DNA from: a cyanobacterium endosymbiont of Epithemia turgida isolate EtSB Lake Yunoko
GTDB lineage: Bacteria > Cyanobacteriota > Cyanobacteriia > Cyanobacteriales > Microcystaceae
Reading direction: 5' to 3'
Length of the DNA: 32,000 nt
NCBI RefSeq assembly: GCF_000829235.1
Contig: NZ_AP012549.1
Span: 2,400,001-2,432,000, forward strand
Shown here: one piece after another, positions 29,717-32,000 of the stretch
How positions within the stretch are numbered: the stretch's first letter is position 1
Layout: every line of letters starts with the position of its first letter
Made by a program: the position numbers and the translations under genes
The notes under the pieces: generated by a model
What the model was told of the DNA's origin: nothing
The model's database searches: none
Seen by the model: the letters and a program-made list of their open reading frames with translations, nothing else

Positions 29717-29899
29717 TCAGAATAATGTGTTACCATTTAATCGGTCTTTTCTAGATAAAAAATATTGCTATTCATCTAGCTCTCTTCAGATAACTGCATA
29801 ATCCGTACTATCGACTGTCTAAAACGTTTTGAGCTTGTTAGTATTGTTGCTTGATTGTTTTGCAAAACGTGGGGATATGCATTTCAACTCGTTATAGTG
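29717..29899 (-). pseudogene. Possible plant-type [2Fe-2S] ferredoxin relic
   Basis: A single minus-strand frame reads HYNELKCISPRFAKQSSNNTNKLKTF*TVDSTDYAVI*RELDE*QYFLSRKDRLNGNTLF*. Compare PetF ..[49 protein letters not shown]... Matching positions are .L...S.R, KL, TVD..D, E and Y.L. All cluster-ligand Cys are lost and there are three in-frame stops. Confidence 0.35.
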
Positions 29900-29900
29900 A

Positions 29901-29946
29901 TGGAGTAAACTTACAGAGAGAAAACTAGCACTGTAAGTTTACTCCA
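29901..29946. repeat. Perfect 16-bp inverted repeat with 14-nt loop
   Basis: TGGAGTAAACTTACAG [AGAGAAAACTAGCA] CTGTAAGTTTACTCCA. A weaker GGGTT/AACCC hairpin follows immediately. Confidence 0.9.
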
Positions 29947-30123
29947 CAGGGTTTAAGGCTTTAACCCAAATGGGTGAACTATCTGGAGGAAGTACAAAAA
30001 CAGACAAACTTATAAACTGTACATTGTGAGGGGTGCCTATGCGACACTAACAAGTTATGGCATCAAGTAAAAGTCTTTCGTTCTTAATCTTTATTATTAT
30101 CTAGTTTAAGCAGGAGAACCTCG

Positions 30124-30192
30124 ATGGAGCTCATATCTCTTTCCCTCATTTTGGCTGGAACTTTTCTGGCAGATTATCTCCTCTACAGTTAA
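30124..30192 (+). other. 22-codon hydrophobic sORF with canonical RBS; possibly a truncated petG derivative
   Basis: AGGAG (30112-30116) lies 7 nt before the ATG. The peptide MELISLSLILAGTFLADYLLYS* has an ILAGTFLADYLLYS segment that parallels PetG TLAGLFYAAYKQYK (L,A,G,F,A,Y,Y identical). About 9 N-terminal-helix residues and the C-terminal KRPNELGG-type tail are absent. Confidence 0.3.
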
Positions 30193-30380
30193 GTCTAGAG
30201 TATACTTACTTTCTGAAAAAACCTGCAGCAGCTAAATAAAACTGAGGCGCAGCCGTATTGCAAAGATAAGTCGCGGACTGTACCCGCGGGTGGTATATTT
30301 ATCAACTCTTAGCTGTGATTTCAATCACCTTTTTAACAGCCTTAAGCTCCAAGAGAAGTTGAAGTTGGTTTTTTAGTATT

Positions 30381-32000
30381 TTAACTTTCTTTGAGAGACA
30401 TGCAACTCTCTTGATATATAACTAAGTCAAACCAGAAAGTTGTTCCAACACCGATCTCACTAATCAGATGGATTCGACTATGGTGTTTATCAATAATGTT
30501 TTTAACAATAGAGAGTCCTAGTCCTGTTCCTTCTAGCGTATGAACACGATTTTCCACACGAAAGAAACGGTCAAAAATCGCCTCTTGATCTTCGGGATCA
30601 ATTCCAATCCCTGTATCAGCAATTTCTATTCTTACCTGAGGTTGATAGGTAGGATTATGAGGGCTTTTCGTAAGTTGATAAGCTCGAATCACGATTTTCC
30701 CCCCCGCCTCAGTGAATTTTAAGCTGTTACCGACTAGATTGGTCATCACTTGAAGTAAAAGGTCGTAATGTCCTAGGATAGGGGTTAAATTTGGTTCTAT
30801 TTCTTGAGTTAAGGTTAATTGTTTATCCTTAGCATTTAGTTGGTAAGTACGTAGAATTTGTTCGACCACCTGATTGATATCAACCCGATCAAGATGATAA
30901 ATTTTTGAGGATTCTAAACGAGATAGATCAAGAACATCATTCACCAAACGAGTGAGGCGATCGGTTTCATTGTTGGCAGTTTCTAAGAATTCCTTACGTT
31001 CACTTTCCGTTAAGTCTTTGCCAAATTCACTTAAGGTTTCAATAAAAGATTTGATATTGAATAAAGGGGTTCTTAACTCATGGGAAACATTACTAATAAA
31101 TTGGCTTTTGGCTGCATTTAACTCCACTTCACGGGTAATATCTTGCGCCGTCATCGCAATACCTTTAAGGGTTTCGCGGTATTGGTCAAAAACTTGGGTT
31201 AAGAGAACCCGAATAATACGCTGGGTTGGTTGAGTTAGCGTAATACGGAACTCCCAAGGGGATCCCCCTTGGTGACTTTCGGAAATTTCAGAAAGTGATT
31301 CGGAGGAGTTTTTGTCTTTGTTTGTGTGAGTGTCTTCCTGAGCCATCTCGTGAAGAGGAGCTGTCAATTGCCAGGTTAATTCCGGGGACAAAAGTTCAAA
31401 GATATTGGTTCCAATGACATCTTTTCCTTCCCAACCAAACATCCGCCGTGCCCGTGGATTAACTAATAGTAATTGTAAGTTAGAATCAAGTAGAATGGCA
31501 CCATCAACTATAGTTGAAACGAGAGTTTCCAACTTAGCTTTCTCGGCGGTTAATTCTTCAATATTTTGTTCTTCATAGCGTTCAAGACGTTCAGCCATTT
31601 CGTTAAAACTGCAGATTAATTCTCCTAATTCTCCCTCAAAAGGTAGATTTATCCGTTGTTTAAAGTTTCCGGCAGCGATATTTTTGACTCCAACTAATAA
31701 TTCTTTAATTGGTCGGGTAATGGTTAAAGCGTTAAAAACAACCCCTAGAATAACCATAGCCCAAATAGCGACAAAAACTGCAATCGTAACATCCCGAGTA
31801 AGGTTGGAAGAATTTACCACTGTAGGATTAGGATTAATACCAATGGCGAGAATTCCTAAATAGTTACCGTCATGTTTCAATGGAACAAAAACATCAGTCA
31901 CCTTTCCATCAGGGCTGAGATGTTGACGGACAAGAGGAAGATTAATGTTTGTCAGATCAGTTTTAGGTAACTGGATATGCCGTTCAATGGTTAGAGAATT
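30381..32000 (-). CDS. nblS: Sensor histidine kinase NblS/Hik33 (5' end lies beyond the window)
   Basis: The reading frame stays open to the window edge (..PLVRQHLSPDGKVTDVFVPLKHDGNYLGILAIGINPNPTVVNSSNLTRDVTIAVFV). The domains are a TM segment, HAMP (ITRPIKELLVGVKNIAAGNFKQRI), PAS, HisKA (FISNVSHELRTPL) and HATPase (DTGIGI..GTGLGLSIV). The sequence is near-identical in long stretches to what I recall of NblS/Hik33. The GTG at 31901 in the ORF track is internal. Confidence 0.85.
   Translation of the reverse strand, partial: NSLTIERHIQLPKTDLTNINLPLVRQHLSPDGKVTDVFVPLKHDGNYLGILAIGINPNPTVVNSSNLTRDVTIAVFVAIWAMVILGVVFNALTITRPIKELLVGVKNIAAGNFKQRINLPFEGELGELICSFNEMAERLERYEEQNIEELTAEKAKLETLVSTIVDGAILLDSNLQLLLVNPRARRMFGWEGKDVIGTNIFELLSPELTWQLTAPLHEMAQEDTHTNKDKNSSESLSEISESHQGGSPWEFRITLTQPTQRIIRVLLTQVFDQYRETLKGIAMTAQDITREVELNAAKSQFISNVSHELRTPLFNIKSFIETLSEFGKDLTESERKEFLETANNETDRLTRLVNDVLDLSRLESSKIYHLDRVDINQVVEQILRTYQLNAKDKQLTLTQEIEPNLTPILGHYDLLLQVMTNLVGNSLKFTEAGGKIVIRAYQLTKSPHNPTYQPQVRIEIADTGIGIDPEDQEAIFDRFFRVENRVHTLEGTGLGLSIVKNIIDKHHSRIHLISEIGVGTTFWFDLVIYQESCMSLKES

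Noticed and set aside
29972-29996. GGGTGAAC...CTGGAGGAAGTAC resembling motifs of the glutamine (glnA) riboswitch or the SRP RNA GGAAGGAAGCAGC region
   Set aside because: Only short motif-level resemblance. The required CGUUCA / hairpin / ACGGAAGUAGG / hairpin / GGAACG architecture, or the SRP helix-8 pairing, cannot be drawn, and the context does not fit (not upstream of an N-regulated ORF).
30272-30288. tRNA-like anticodon stem-loop CGCGG-ACTGTAC-CCGCG in a GC-rich island
   Set aside because: The loop lacks U33 on the plus strand. On the minus strand it gives an implausible ACA anticodon. No acceptor, D or T arms (no GGTTCGAATCC-type T-loop) are present. No tRNA was found anywhere in the window.
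30540-31233. ORF-track entries 30540..30722(+) and 30952..31233(+)
   Set aside because: Both are antisense within nblS and have no independent support.

Overview
This window comes from an AT-rich, heavily eroded cyanobacterial genome; the intact proteins look like those of unicellular Cyanothece/Crocosphaera-type cyanobacteria. Intact coding sequence covers only about 15.9 of 32 kb (~50%). The intact genes are glnA, clpS plus a coupled small ORF, a 905-aa DHH-CBS-nucleotidyltransferase, a membrane protein, a family-2 glycosyltransferase, murC, murB, ybaB, a secreted-type hypothetical, a GST, a 60-aa ORF, a lipoate-ligase-family protein, recN, cimA and the 3' two-thirds of nblS/hik33. Ten spacers of 0.6-3 kb separate them and are visibly much more AT-rich than the genes. 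Reading these spacers in six frames, I recognise stop- and frameshift-riddled relics of photosynthesis and carbon-fixation genes. These are allophycocyanin apcA/apcB/apcC, rbcX/rbcS with no room left for rbcL, and a GAPDH gene, with weaker candidates for a plant-type ferredoxin and petG. There is also a nearly full-length hisD relic interrupted by a degraded IS630-family transposase. This is the pattern expected of a cyanobacterium that has lost photosynthesis during reductive evolution, such as a diatom spheroid-body or UCYN-A-like N2-fixing endosymbiont. That attribution is inference and needs a database search. A canonical NtcA-type promoter is still present upstream of glnA. Several long, perfect inverted repeats sit in the decaying spacers, including two unrelated hairpins with identical 22-bp stem / 11-nt loop geometry. 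I found no rRNA, tRNA, CRISPR array or convincing new multi-gene (for example defence) system. The unusual content is the gene-decay landscape and the hairpins. All homology statements come from my recollection of family consensus sequences, not from searches.
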